The notes under the pieces are model-generated. The model was not told the DNA's origin, made no database searches, and worked only from the letters and a program-made list of their open reading frames with translations. From NCBI GenBank assembly GCA_964016885.1, contig CAXHJY010001284.1:128750-192749 (forward strand): a stretch of DNA of 64,000 nucleotides, given 5' to 3'. Position numbers and translations under genes: made by a program. Positions within the stretch are counted from its first letter, which is position 1; each line of letters starts with the position of its first letter. This DNA comes from Eledone cirrhosa (taxonomy: Eukaryota). Below are positions 1-11,669 of this stretch, piece after piece.

Positions 1-135
1 ACCATACTTCGTGGCATAGATCTATGACCCTTTACGTTCTGATTTCAAAACCCGCCAAGATTAGCCTTGCTTTTCACCCTTACGGGTTCGATAGAATTAA
101 GTAGCAGTAACACACTTGGGTCGACTTAACCTTCT
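1..135 (+). mobile_element. tRNA-derived SINE, family A, diverged fragment
   Basis: Diverged match to the core repeated throughout the window (gagttcaaatcccgccgaggttaactttgcctttcatccttacggggtcgataaaataaagtaccagt). Confidence 0.8.
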
Positions 136-221
136 TTCCTCTCCCTCTGCTTACATCAGAATGTTTGAATACACAGCCTGTTGATAAATTTGCAGAAAAT
201 TATTCATAGCATATTTTCGCA

Positions 222-415
222 GCGGATCAAGCATACTTCATTAGTGTATAATATGCAGATGAGATCTATTAATCCGAAACAAGCCCATAGTTCTCCCTCC
301 TAAACCTTCGAATTGGCTTTGAGTGATTGTCTTCATTTCTTGAAATGAGCTTCACCTAAAAAGTGACGATATATTTTTTCTTTGTCAGTTAAGAGGACAA
401 TTTCGATTAAATTTA
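222..415 (+). repeat. Dispersed repeat with degenerate hammerhead-like core (copy 1)
   Basis: Aligns by eye with 1614-1835 (cggatcaag, cWgatgag, ccgaaacaa, cctaa.cttc, atttct.gaaat, gagg..aattt). CAGATGA at 256-262, GAAA at 276-279. Confidence 0.5.
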
Positions 416-611
416 TACATACATGCATACATACTTATATATACATACATATATACATACAAGCATACATAACTATATGCATGCATACATACATACATAC
501 ATGCATACATACCTATGTACATATATACAAACATACATACATACATATATACATAAATACAGTCATATCTACCTACCTACCTACCTACCTACATACATAC
601 ATACATATTTG

Positions 612-846
612 CATCTAATAACTGCATATACACATGTACAGATACAAAGCATATACACATGCACACATACAACTCAAAACATCCACATCCACACATACAA
701 TAACATCCATATCTACACATGCATGCATACATACATATCTACCTAGTTGATGTTGTGTAAATTCCAATGAGAGAGTCTTGTGTCTATGTTAGAAACCGAC
801 ACTCTCTCTATTGGTAAAACTTTGTGAAATTATAAAACCAGAAGAA
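612..846 (+). mobile_element. 3' UTR end of an RLE-type non-LTR retrotransposon (copy 1)
   Basis: Near-identical to 3248-3475. Hairpin ccaatgagagag...ctctctctattgg; ends gaagaa directly into (CATA)n. Confidence 0.6.
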
Positions 847-935
847 CATACATATATACATACATACATACATACATACATACATACATACATACATACA
901 TACATACATACATACATACATACACACATACATAC

Positions 936-1270
936 AGAAAAATACAGAAATAGGACATCTACGGACCATTGATGAGGAGTTTACAAATCCAGTATCCAAG
1001 ATACACCTTTAGCTTCATACCCATCATTATTGGAGCTACGGGTTATATACCAACCCGCTTGGACCAACGTATGACTGAACTTTGATTTGCGGACAAAGAG
1101 CGCAGCTCCCTAATTCATAGTCTACAAATGGCTGCGATAGCTGGCACCTTCAAAATTTGCAAAACATTCTTGCGATTCAAGGGATGACAATTTCTTTTCA
1201 TTTACAACCTTGCCACCAGGAAGGTGGCCGGTCAAAAAAATATACTCGAAATTAAGAGAAAGAGATAACA
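936..1270 (+). mobile_element. 5'-truncated R4/Dong-like (RLE) LINE: C-terminus and 3' UTR
   Basis: Hand translation DIYGPLMRSLQIQYPRYTFSFIPIIIGATGYIPTRLDQRMTEL*FADKERSSLIHSLQMAAIAGTFKICKTFLRFKG* (stop 1185-1187). The IPIIIGAxG...LQ...GTxKI pattern is typical of the end of restriction-like endonuclease domains. 3' hairpin gccacc/ggtggc; (CATA)n on both sides. Confidence 0.75.
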
Positions 1271-1287
1271 TACATACATACATACAT

Positions 1288-1541
1288 GGTGGCTGCCAAC
1301 TCGTTTTCGAGTACAGCCAATACTTTATATCCATGTACTTTATATCCATGCTGAGCCCATGGTATCATGTGACGACAAGTGCAGAGAGGTCTCCAGATAT
1401 AAAGCAATGCCTGTGCCGTGAAGCTTTTATAGTGAGCAAAGGCACTGCACAAAGCCAGTCCCACTCTCTTAACCAAGATGATATTTACCAAAAAGAAGAA
1501 CAAGTCAACATCATTGGATACCATCAGGGTTGCAGGTGTTA
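1288..1541. repeat. Dispersed repeat, partial copy of 2558-3160
   Basis: Near-identical to 2558-2902 apart from an internal deletion and a small duplication (tactttatatccatg x2); (CATA)n flanks. Confidence 0.85.
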
Positions 1542-1569
1542 TACATACATACATACATACATACATACA

Positions 1570-1601
<32 letters not shown>

Positions 1602-1613
1602 AATCTTTACCAA

Positions 1614-1835
1614 CGGATCAAGGTGGCTTGAGCAGACTATACACCTGATGAGGTTCACAGTTCCGAAACAAAGCCATACTTGTGCCTCACTTGTAAACAA
1701 AGATCCGAACTTTCTTTCCTAAGCTTCTAAATCAAGTTTAAGAGATTAATTATTAATTTCTGGAAATAATATCTTCGAGACTCGCCTTTAGGTTGTTGTT
1801 TTCTTTACTGCACGAGGGAAATTTTAATTAATTAA
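1614..1835 (+). repeat. Dispersed repeat with hammerhead-like core (copy 2)
   Basis: CTGATGA at 1645-1651, gg...cc stem II, GAAA at 1665-1668, acaaag/cttgt stem III. The cleavage triplet is not canonical. Confidence 0.5.
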
Positions 1836-2418
1836 GATTCCGTTTTTATTTTTGTTTACAGCGTTCCTTTAGATAGTTTATATACATATATACATACATG
1901 TATAGATATATACATATATACATACATGCATAGATATAAAATTACATACATGCATAGATATATACATACATACATGCATAGGTATATACATATATACATA
2001 GATATATACATACATGCATAGATATATACATACATGCATAGATGTATAATTACATGTATGCATACATATATACAAATATACATATATGCATACATATATA
2101 ATTACATACATGCATTCATATATAATTACGTACATGCATACATATATATATATTCATGCATACATATATACATACATACAGGCATACATAAATGCATAAA
2201 TACATATATACATACACACACACAAATATATATATACATACATACCTGCATACATACAAAACTACATACATAACTACATACATAACTACATACATACACT
2301 CATACAAACATACATACATACATGCATGAATGCGTACATACATACATTCATCCATCCATCCATACATACATACATACATAGATACATACATACATACATA
2401 CATACATACATACATACA

Positions 2419-2454
<36 letters not shown>

Positions 2455-2557
2455 TATATATACAAACAAACATACACACACACATACATACATACATACA
2501 TACATACATACATACATACATACATACATACATACATACATACATACATACATACAT

Positions 2558-3160
2558 GGCGGCTGCCAACTCTTTTTCGAGTACGGCCACTACTTCATAT
2601 CCATGTAGGAGAACCCCTACTGATGCGCTGAACGAGTGTGACTTTTTAGTCCAGCCAGCGACTTGAAAACTCTGGTACAAACACTGCACTTGTGACAATT
2701 ATTGACACATAGTGCTGGGCCCATGATACCATGTGACGACAAGTGCAGAAAGATCTCCAGATATAAAGCAATGCCTGTGCCGTGAAGCTTTTATAGTGAG
2801 AAAAGGCACTGCACAAAGCCAGTCCCACTCTCTTAACCAAGATGATATTTACCAAAAAGAAGAAGTCAACATCATTGGATACCATCAGGCTTGCAGGTGT
2901 TATATCAGAGTTTTCCTTCTCCTAGAATTCTGCCTTGACAAAGGCTGAGGGTCATCTCTCCCGGTGATTTTGGATGGCCATTGACTCTTAAGAGCTCTTT
3001 TGCCCTTTGACAGGTTTTGTTTTTATTCCTGCAGGATGTCCAAAGTCACCCTCCTCACCAAGAAATGTTGGTGGGGTTGCCAGTTTAGTCGCCAACGACA
3101 CGACCATGAGACAGGTTGTACTGGGATACATGTTACCAGTAGCACCAACTGGTGACCTGA
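2558..3160 (-). mobile_element. Non-autonomous retroelement, possibly RTE-related
   Basis: Longer copy of 1288-1541. The minus-strand 5' end is highly structured and carries tgtcgttggcgactaaactgg, resembling RTE 5' UTR motifs. Flanked by (CATA)n. Confidence 0.5.
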
Positions 3161-3194
3161 CATAAATACATACATACATACATACATACATACA

Positions 3195-3224
<30 letters not shown>

Positions 3225-3225
<1 letters not shown>

Positions 3226-3475
3226 GTAAAACATTGCAAACATTTTTCATCTAATAACTGCATATACACATGTACAGATACAAAGCATATACACATGCAC
3301 ACATACAACTCAAAACATACACATCCACACATACAATAACATCCATATCTACACATGCATACATGCATATCTACCTAGTTGATGTGTAAATTCCAATGAG
3401 AGAGGCTTGTGTCTATGTTAGAAACCGACTCTCTCTACTGGGAAAAAATTTGTGAAATTATAAAACCAGAAGAAC
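3225..3475 (+). mobile_element. 3' end of an RLE-type non-LTR retrotransposon (copy 2)
   Basis: Begins tgtaaaacattgcaaacattttt, similar to the KICKTF codons at 1151-1170, then the same UTR as 612-846; ends in (CATA)n. Confidence 0.6.
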
Positions 3476-3779
3476 CTACATACATACATACATACATACA
3501 TACATACATACATACAACCAGGCCTATTATAAACAAGGTTGGATAGTAGCCTTCGGCATTTCTCAGCTTCAGTACATTTCCGTTGATTCCACCCGCGAGA
3601 TTTCTCCCCAATTCCCATGAGAAGTCGGTCACTAATATACCAACATATATTTTCCTTATTAATGCTTTAGTTAATCATAAATAAATAAGCATTAACAATA
3701 TTTTCACACGTCTCTCACACTCATTCCTTGCTTCTATATCCTTAATTATGATATGCTGGCACAAACTATCTTCTCCTAC

Positions 3780-3860
<81 letters not shown>

Positions 3861-3921
3861 CGCTCTCCCTCTCTCTTCATCTATCTCTTTCTATCTGTCT
3901 TATTCCGGCTTTCTCTTGATC

Positions 3922-3967
<46 letters not shown>
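3780..3967. repeat. (CT)n and (TA)n microsatellites
   Basis: Direct inspection. Confidence 0.95.
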
Positions 3968-3971
<4 letters not shown>

Positions 3972-4139
3972 GATCATGAGAAAGCCGGAATAAGACATAT
4001 GTATATATATATAATATAAATATTTGTCCCTATATATTCATCTAAATATACATATCTATGCATGCATGTGAGTGTTTGTGCGTATATGGTTTGTGTAATG
4101 GTTGCATATATATATAGTTGCATATATATATATACATAG

Positions 4140-4891
4140 TTTTGGTGACAAATACAGTGAAGGAGACAAAGGATTTGATGCAGGAGGTTGAGACTGTGTG
4201 GATGAGTGTGGGGCTGAGAATGAATTAGACTAAAGCAAAATATCTGGTAGAGAATGTTGAGAAGCCAGAGGGGTTCACTAATGTAGGCGAGAAGTCGCTA
4301 GAATTAGTTGTGGACTTCCTGTATTTGGGAGCAAAGATTGGGAATACGGAAGATGATGTGGTTGATAGGAAGAGCAAAGCCTGGGCGGCGTGCCACTGCT
4401 TGAGATCGGTGTGGAAGTCGGACCTTCGTAAAGACCTGAAAATCCGCCTCTTCATTGTTGTAGTGGTGTCTGTGCTGCTGTACGGGTCTGAGACTTGCAC
4501 ACAGATCAAGAAACTCACTCAGATGGTGGATGGGTGCTACACGAGAATGCTGAGGATGGCTCTGAACATTAATCAGTATACACTGAGGATGAAAACCTCA
4601 GAGCTGTATGGGAGCCTCCCAAAAGTCAGCTCAAAAGTAACACAGAGGAGACAACAACGACTGAGGTTAGCTGGACATGCTCACCGACATCCAGAGTTGA
4701 CATTGCACTCAGTGCTCCTGTGGGAGCCCCTACATGGACACACTGGAAGAGGAAAACCAAGGTTAATGTATGTTGCTGCCCTAAGAACACACACTGGTCT
4801 GTTGGAGACGCAGGACATGGCAGCTATAATGAGGAACGGAGTCCGCTGGAGAGAACTCGTCCATAGATCTCGAGAATTTTACCCGCCCTAG
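4140..4891 (+). mobile_element. RTE-clade LINE, 5'-truncated RT C-terminal fragment
   Basis: ORF 4310-4891 has DFLYLGA, KAWAAC, SVLLYGSET, DGCYTRMLRMALN, RLRLAGH and LWEPLHG..GRGKP. Upstream in frame is VGLRMN*TKAKYL (stop). (TA)n on both sides. Confidence 0.9.
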
Positions 4892-4898
4892 AATATAC

Positions 4899-4935
<37 letters not shown>

Positions 4936-5442
4936 AGAAGTTGACGGACCCAGCATAGGTATCAATGCCAGGACCTGTTGCATCTCAACGTACTCAATAG
5001 GTAATGTAAAATACACTCCCAGAGTATACACACAGTTATTCGCTTCAATACAACACACGTAAACGGGTACTTATAGTAGTTCCCGAATTCGAGTTTCTGC
5101 CACACTTGATGCAGCAGTAGGGTGCACTGCAGCCTCTGTCTGCATATATTATGCAACAATGCATAATCGGCGCATGTGGCTTCATCAGCGGCTATCGCCT
5201 CATCAATAAGCAATCGATCGACAGAATTCGACTCCAGTCCATACCGGCTATGACTGTTTGTGACGGCTGTACAGTAAAGTGATTAACAACTGGGATCTGA
5301 TACAATTCTGTCCCCCGATCGGCCACGAATTTACGTGATGGCAGGAGATTAGAAAACAAATATTTCTGTTCCCGTCAAAAGCTCTCAGCTTATGAATTAG
5401 GATGTTCACTACAACACAGTTGTATACATTTCACACACATAT

Positions 5443-5452
5443 CGATAGATAA

Positions 5453-5506
<54 letters not shown>

Positions 5507-5694
5507 TTCTTTATTAGCCACAGGGGCACAAAAGAAGGGGACAAATACAAAGGGGGAAGTTTACATACAATAAAAACGTGTAAAATGTTATCACAAATGC
5601 AATTTAAAAAGTTAATCGATTTTCCCCAATAGAGGGAGACAGTTTATATGGGTAACACATACCCCCGAAAAAAATGTGCAACCCTCATCTCCCG

Positions 5695-5745
<51 letters not shown>
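5443..5745 (-). mobile_element. 3' UTR end of a Tx1/L1-like LINE inside a (GATA)n array
   Basis: 5505-5697 on minus ends gcccctgtggctaataaagaaat, matching the LINE end at 24462-24484 (gcccttgtggccaataaagaaat); GATA repeats on both sides. Confidence 0.65.
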
Positions 5746-5807
5746 GTGTGTATGTGTGTATGTGAATGTGTATGTGTGAGTGTATGTATATACATACATA
5801 CTAATAT

Positions 5808-5986
5808 AACTGTTTCTACTTTTGGCAGAAGGCCAGCAATTACCCAGTGTATTACTGGTACTTTATTTTATCGACCCCCGTAAGGATGAAAGGCAAAGTT
5901 AACCTCGGCGGGATTTAAACTCAGTCCGTAAAGGGACGTAACTGTGCTGCAAAGCAAGGCGTCCGACCCTCTACCGATACTGCCAA
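5808..5986 (-). mobile_element. SINE family A, near full length
   Basis: Reverse complement of the family consensus, including the ttggcagtatcggtagagggtcggacgcc head (A-box) and gagtttaaatcc (B-box). Confidence 0.9.
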
Positions 5987-6204
5987 ACTAATATAACAAA
6001 GGATGCTGTGTATTGCTAAATAAACAGAATGGAAGAGGATGAAGGAAATAGGATAAAGTGAGCAGAGGAAAGTTTGTGGTGATAGAGAGGTAGAGAGAGT
6101 CTAGCTAGAATATATGGTAACATAACAAGGGACATTACTTAGGGAATATACTTAGTCCTTATCAATAGATACACCTACTTACTCATATGTTGGGGGGCAA
6201 TTGA

Positions 6205-6696
<492 letters not shown>

Positions 6697-6703
6697 ATTG
6701 AAA

Positions 6704-7070
6704 ATATTAACAAAATAGATATTCTAGTGATCAATTATATCTTATTATACATATTTCAGAGGTACTGAGTTAAGTTCAACAGTATGTCCTCATCAGATAA
6801 AATAAGATGATGCATGACATACCCTGACATATTAGATGGTTAAGATTCAGTCATGGTAGTGATTAACTTATGACAAAACTCAATATTTATACCCTAATAT
6901 TGAGAACCTGCGATAACATAATACAAACAATAGAGAGGGTGCGTGTAATACAGCTTAAAAAATACATGGCATCAATATAACAGTTATAAAATTTTTTTTA
7001 TAAAAACTACTGGAACAGTACCTCTGAAATATGTATAATAAAATATAAGAATATCTATTTTGTTAATATT
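6704..7070. mobile_element. Inverted-repeat element with hammerhead (Penelope-like pLTR derivative)
   Basis: Arms 6704-6766 and 7016-7070 are reverse complements; (TA)n flanks; contains the ribozyme at 6741-6801. Confidence 0.65.
6741..6801 (-). ncRNA. Type I hammerhead ribozyme
   Basis: Minus strand reads tttat CTGATGA ggacatactg-ttgaacttaact-cagtacctct GAAA ta-tg-ta TA ataag. Stem I tttat/ataag, stem II tactg/cagta, minimal stem III, AUA cleavage site. Confidence 0.7.
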
Positions 7071-7177
7071 TTGAATTAATATTAATAACTCTGGAAAACC
7101 TTTGCTGTTGAGTGCTTCCAATCTATTGTAAAACTCATTCTTTTCTTTGATGTATTCATTGAACCTTGTTTAACTTT

Positions 7178-7242
<65 letters not shown>

Positions 7243-7512
7243 GCCCGCGCAAGCCTGTGTGTGTATGTGTATACATAATTTGATACATTTATACACAACG
7301 TAAGAAACAATGGAAACCGAGAAGTCATTTGTATTGGCCGAATTTGAGACGCTCAATTTAAAACTACGATGAACTTTCTGGAAGTTGACTATCGACTAGT
7401 GTCTACTAATTGAACTTGTAAATCACATAACCAACCCATATTTCCTACTTTTCACGATAGTTAACTGTACATTCGTATCTTAAATTACTTCCTTCCCAGT
7501 CGATTATCTTAC

Positions 7513-9372
7513 TTTATATGTTGCTGTCATAATGTTGAAGTCATGGAAATCCCAGTTCAGAATATTGTGTTGTTGGTGTTGCTGTGAGATGATCGTGGTG
7601 GTAGTGGTGGTGGTGGTGTGGTGGTGGTGTGGTGGTAGTGGTGGTGGTGGTGTGGTGGTGGTGTGGTGGTAGTGGTGGTGGTGGTGTGGTGGTAGTGGTG
7701 GTGGTGGTGTGGTGGTGGTGTGGTGGTGGTTGTGGTGGAGTGGTGGCAGTGGTGGTGGTGGTGGTGGTGGCGGTGGTTGTGGTGGTAGTGGTGGTGTTGG
7801 TGGTGGTGGTGGTGGTGTTGCTGTTGCTGTTGATGGTGGTGGTGGTGGTGGTTGCGTGGTGGTGGTGGTAGTGTTGTTGTTGTTGTTGGTGGTGCTGGTG
7901 GTGCTGGTGATGTTGGTAGTGGTGGTGGTGTTGATGGTGGTCGTGGTAGTGGTGGTGGTAGTGGTGGTGGTGGTGGTGGTGGTGGTAGTGGTGGTGGTGG
8001 GGGTGGTGTGGGGGGGTGTTGCTGTTGTTGTTGTTGGTGGTGGTGGTGATGGTGGTGGTGGTGGTGGTGGTGATGGTGGTGTTGGTAGTGATGGTGGTGT
8101 TGATGGTGGTGGTGTTGATGGTGGTGGTGGTGGTGGTTGTAGTAATGGTGGTGGTGGTGGTTTTATTGTTGTTGTTGGTGGTGGTGTAGATGGTGGTGGT
8201 GGTGGGTGTGGTAGTGTTGCTGTTGCTGTTGATAGTGGTGGTGGTGGTGTTGTTGTTGATGTTGTTGTTGTTGGTGGTGGTGGTGGTGGTGCTGGTGGTA
8301 GTGGTGATGGTGGTGGTGGTGGTGGTTGTAGTAATGGTGGTGGTGGTGTTGTTGGTGCTGTTGTTGCTAGTGGTGTTGTTGTTGTTGGTGCTGTTGTTGT
8401 TAGTGGTGTTATTAGTGGTGCTGTTGTTGGTGCTGTTGTTGTTAGTGGTGTTGTTGTTGGTGTTGTTGTTGGTGTTGTTGCTGTTGGTGGTGTTGGTCGT
8501 GTTGCTGTTGTTGTTGTTGTTGGTGTTGTTGGTGTTGTTGGTGTTGTTGGTGTTGTTGGTGTTGTTGGTGTTGGTGGTGGTGGTCGTGTTGCTGTTGTTG
8601 TTGTTGTTGGTGTTGTTGGTGTTGTTGGTGTTGTTGGTGTTGTTGTTGGTGTTGTTGGTGTTGTTGGTGTTGTTGTTGGTGGTGTTGTTGTTGGTGTTGT
8701 TGTTGTTGTTGGTGGTGTTGTTGTTGGTGGTGGTGGTCGTGTTGCTGTTGTTGTTGTTGTTGTTGTTGGTGTTGTTGGTGTTGTTGGTGTTGTTGTTGGT
8801 GTTGTTGGTGTTGTTGGTGTTGTTGTTGGTGGTGTTGTTGTTGGTGTTGTTGTTGTTGTTGGTGGTGTTGTTGTTGGTGCTGTTGTTGTTGGTGTTGTTG
8901 TTGTTTGTGCTGTTGTTGTTGGTGTTGTTGTTGTTTGTGCTGTTGTTGGTGGTGGTGGTGGTGGTGATGGTGTTGTTGGTGTTGTTGTTAGTGGTGTTGT
9001 TGGTGTTGTTGTTGTTGTTGGTGTTGTTGTTGTTGTTTGTGCTGTTGTTGTTGGTGTTGTTGTTAGTGGTGTTGTTGGTGTTGTCGTTGGTGCTGTTGTT
9101 GTTGTTTGTGCTGTTGTTGTTGGTGTTGTCGTTAGTGGTGTTGTTGTTGACATTAGTGTTGCTATTGGTGTTACTGTTGTTGTTGTTGGTGGTGGTGGTG
9201 GTGGTGGTGGTGGTGATGGTGTTGTTGGTGTTGTTGTTAGTGGTGTTGTTGGTGTTGTTGTTGTTGGTGTTGTTGTTGTTGTTGTTGGTGCTGTTGTTGT
9301 TGTTTGTGCTGTTGTTGTTGGTGTTGTCGTTGGTGGTGTTGTTGTTGTCATTAGTGTTGCTATTGGTGTTAC

Positions 9373-9403
<31 letters not shown>

Positions 9404-10066
9404 GATGGTGTTGTTGGTGTTGTTGTTAGTGGTGTTGTTGGTGTTGTTGTTGTTGGTGCTGTTGTTGTTGGTGCTGTTGTTGTTGGTGTTGTTGTTGGTG
9501 TTGTTGTTAGTGGTGTTGTTGGTGTTGTTGTTGTTGGTGTTGTTGTTGTTGGTGCTGTTGTTGTTGGTGCTGTTGTTGTTGGTGTTGTTGTTAGTGGTGT
9601 TGTTGGTGTTGTTGTTGGTGGTGTTGTTGGTGTTGTCGTTGTTGTCGTTGTTGGTGGTGTTGTTGTTGTTGTTGGTAGTGGTGCTGGTGTTGTTGGTGTT
9701 GTCGTTGTTGTCGTTGTTGGTGGTGTTGTTGCTGTTGGTGGTAGTGATGCTGGTGTTGTTGTTAGTGGTGTTGTTGGTGTTGCTGTTGGTGTTGTTGTTG
9801 TTGTTGTTGGTGCTGTTGTTGTTGGAGTTGTTGGTGTTTTTGGTTTTGTTGTTAGTGGTGTTGTTGGTGTTGGTGTTGTTGTTGTTCGTGTTGTTCGTGT
9901 TGTTCGTGTTGTTGTTAGTGGTGTTGTTGGTGTTGGTGTTGTTGTTGGTGGTGTTGTTCGTGTTGTTGTTAGTGGTGTTGTTGGTGTTGCTGTTGTTGTT
10001 GTTGGTGGCGTTGATATTAGTGTTGTTATTGGTGTTTCTGATAACGCTACAATTGGTGTTGTTATT
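7513..10066 (-). CDS. Candidate mucin-like Thr/Pro-rich exon (alternatively a complex (GTT/GGT)n array)
   Basis: Frame of ORF 7504-9351 continues upstream to an acceptor (aatgttcatAG, 10068-10067) and ends at a donor (TATAAA|gtaaga, 7512). Reads ITTPIVALSETPITTLISTPP..., with a TVTPIATLM unit repeated twice. Confidence 0.35.
7595..10060. repeat. ~2.5-kb compound (GGT)n/(GTT)n trinucleotide array
   Basis: Direct inspection; internal longer-unit duplications. Confidence 0.95.
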
Positions 10067-10367
10067 CTATGAACATTATTTTAATGACATCCCACTAACC
10101 AATTTATTTACAGGAACAGGAACAGAGGGGATTCAGTCTTTTGCATATTCACGTTTACACACAAATACAAACACAAGCACGCACACACATACACACGTGT
10201 ATAGGTACACATACATTTGTACACATATTGGCATATATATAAACATATGAAAATATCCAGCTAGCTAGGTACTTAGATAGACAGTCAAATGAATAGATAG
10301 ATAGAGCGATAGAAGGGGAGAAATTATGGGAAGCATTCACACACATATTTATATACACAAATAAATA

Positions 10368-10522
<155 letters not shown>

Positions 10523-11029
10523 GTGCGCGCGCGTGTGTGTGTGCGTTTGTGTGTGCGTGTTTAATATATCTCTCACTATATGCTACACAAACACAGAAGG
10601 ATCTCTGCATGAGGCAAGGTTATTAAGATAATTTAGTCTAGTATAAATTGAACAATATACACACAAAATGTCTCTAGTAGATAGCATTATGGCTTTCACG
10701 TCTCGAAACGGATGTGGTATCTAGAAACATCATGTTTAATGTCGTCCAACAAATTTAGACAATTTCAGAATTATGTAAAATGTGCTGAGTCATGTAATGG
10801 TAGGATGGTGGTAAGATCTCTGGAATTGCAAGTTGCTACTCTGCAAATCAGCACTTTGAAAATCATGATATCGTATACTTGTGGTTTAGTATTAATGAAT
10901 CCAGAACAATGTATCTATCTATCTATCTAATTATATATATATATATATATATAAATGAGCGGAACAAGTAATCATCAAACAATCTTTTAAACAAACTAAA
11001 AAACGATTTAAATATTCACCTGTTCTATT

Positions 11030-11109
11030 GCCGTTACCAACGGTTTCACTAATCAAAAGATTGGAAATTCACAGAATTTCCAATGGAAAGAATTAGATCT
11101 TCAGACAGC
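11030..11109 (-). ncRNA. Type I hammerhead ribozyme
   Basis: gctgt CTGAAGA tctaat...attagt GAAA cc-gtt-gg TA acggc on the minus strand. Confidence 0.72.
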
Positions 11110-11589
11110 TATTTCCATACTATAAGGGTATAAAGCCTCATAGTAAGTTAATATTTCTTTTCCTTCCCGTTGCATGCGGTCAAGCCGTTAAAGTGACTTA
11201 CACACAAAAATAGGCCATGAGTAAAAGCGGGTTATTATAAACTTGTTGACCATGCCGCTAAAAATAGCAGCGCGATACAACGTTTTGTTCTCTACATATC
11301 GGAGAAAAATTATAAAAGGGTATGGATATTCCGACAGGCACTAAGTACCTATAGAAATATGCATGGTGTTTATAATAGTTGTGGTTCGATGGTACTAATT
11401 TGAGATTCCAGAACTAAAAAAATGAGCGCTGCTATTTTTAGCGGCATAGTCAACAAGTTTATAATAACCCGCTTTTACTCATGGCCTATTTTTGTGTGTA
11501 AGTCACTTTAACGGCTTGACCGCATGCAACGGACAGGAAGCGAAATATTAACTTACTATGAGACTTTATACCCTTATAGTATGGAAATA

Positions 11590-11669
11590 GCTGTCTGAAG
11601 ATCTAATTCTTTTCATTGGAAATTCTGTGAATTTCCAATCTTTTGATTAGTGAAACCGTCGGTAACGGC
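11590..11669 (+). ncRNA. Type I hammerhead ribozyme
   Basis: Stem I gctgt/acggc; CTGAAGA 11595-11601; long stem II (ctaat/attag with inner attggaaattc/gaatttccaat); GAAA 11652-11655; stem III cc/gg; GUA cleavage after 11664. Confidence 0.75.

Larger units (their letters stand above)
415..3515. repeat. (CATA)n/(TA)n microsatellite field hosting several retroelement fragments
   Basis: Long TACA/CATA tracts at 415-610, 846-935, 1270-1287, 1541-1600, 1880-2557, 3161-3224 and 3478-3515. Confidence 0.95.

Noticed and set aside
5160-5200. Hammerhead at minus-strand CTGATGAAG
   Set aside because: No GAAA box or stems at a suitable distance.
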